The notes beneath the pieces are model-generated. The model made no database searches and was not told the DNA's origin. It saw only the letters and a list, made by a program, of their open reading frames with translations. A DNA stretch of 63,874 bases, the filler included, from Octopus bimaculoides (Eukaryota), in the NCBI RefSeq assembly GCF_001194135.2. It is 6 parts of 5 records of this genome, joined end to end, with 100 filler letters (N's around TTAATTAATTAA, not from the genome) between each part and the next. Parts side by side here need not be neighbours in the genome. Positions count along the whole stretch, not along the records: positions 62,861 to 63,874 come from NW_026372224.1; 5 more parts are not named here. One strand, 5' to 3'. Below, one piece after another: positions 62,861 through 63,874 of this stretch. Numbering within the stretch: the stretch's first letter is position 1; every line of letters begins with the position of its first letter. A program made the position numbers and the translations under genes.

Positions 62861-63874
62861 TTGAAATAAATATATATATAAATAAATATATATAAATAAA
62901 TAAATATATACATAGATAAATATATATATCAATACATATATAGATAAATATATACATATATATATAAATAAATATATATAAATAGATATAAATAATTATA
63001 TATATAGATAAATATATATAAATAAATATATATATAAATAAATATATATATATAATGAATATATATAAATAAATATATATATATATAAATATATATATAA
63101 ATAAATATATATATATATAAATATATATTAATAAATAAATATATATATANNNNNNNNNNATTAGAGGTATATATAAATAAATATATATGTATAATATATA
63201 TAGATAAATATATATAAATAAATATAAATATAAATATTTATAAATAAATATAAATAAATATATATATAAATAAATATATATAAATAAATATATATATAAA
63301 TAAATATATATAAATAAATATATATATAAATAAATATATCTATAAATACATAAATATATATTGAAATAAATATATATATAAATAAATATATATAAATAAA
63401 TAAATATATATATAGATAAATATATATAAATACATAAATATATATATAGATAAATATATATAAATACATATATTGATAAATATATACATATATATAAATA
63501 AATATATATAAATAGACATAAATAATTATATATATAAATAAATGTATATAAATAAATATATATATAAATAAATATAGATATATATATAAATAAATATATA
63601 TATAAATATATATATATGATGAATATATATAAATAGATATATATATATATAAATATATATTAATAAATAAATATATATATAAATAAATATATATTGATAA
63701 ATAAATATATATAATTAGATGTATATATAAATAAATATATATGTATAATATATATAGATAAATATATATAAATAAATATAAATATAAATATATATAAATA
63801 AATATATACCTAGAAATAAATTTCTATAAATAAATATATATAAATAAATATATATATATATAAATAAATATATA
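62861..63874. repeat. AT-only minisatellite (TAAA/TATA mosaic)
   Basis: Direct inspection. Confidence 0.95.

Overview
AT-rich, microsatellite-dense, gapped eukaryotic scaffold. Its SINE families and repeat style look like an octopus genome (inference, not a database match). Most ORFs in the track are N-gap or microsatellite artefacts. One host gene is recognisable only by reading split exons: two minus-strand exons (56759-56915 and terminal exon 50963-51153) of a CHST15/GalNAc4S-6ST-like sulfotransferase. Mobile DNA dominates: four modular tRNA-derived SINE families, two Gypsy-type solo LTRs with exact 4-bp TSDs, decayed maT/Tc1-mariner, Tigger/pogo and Chapaev3 transposons, and RTE, R4/Dong, CRE and Penelope-like retroelement fragments. 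The most unusual signal is two kinds of hammerhead-ribozyme (HHR) element. (1) A ~500-bp palindromic element, present twice (15609-16004; 46040-46432), carries a type I HHR in the loop of a long near-perfect hairpin. Substitutions between the copies appear in both arms, and one copy has a 13-bp TSD. (2) A ~350-nt tandem repeat (51310-51913+) has a palindromic-stem-III HHR at each junction, like a retrozyme; one core carries a U3-A8 covariation. Several other long fold-backs occur nearby.
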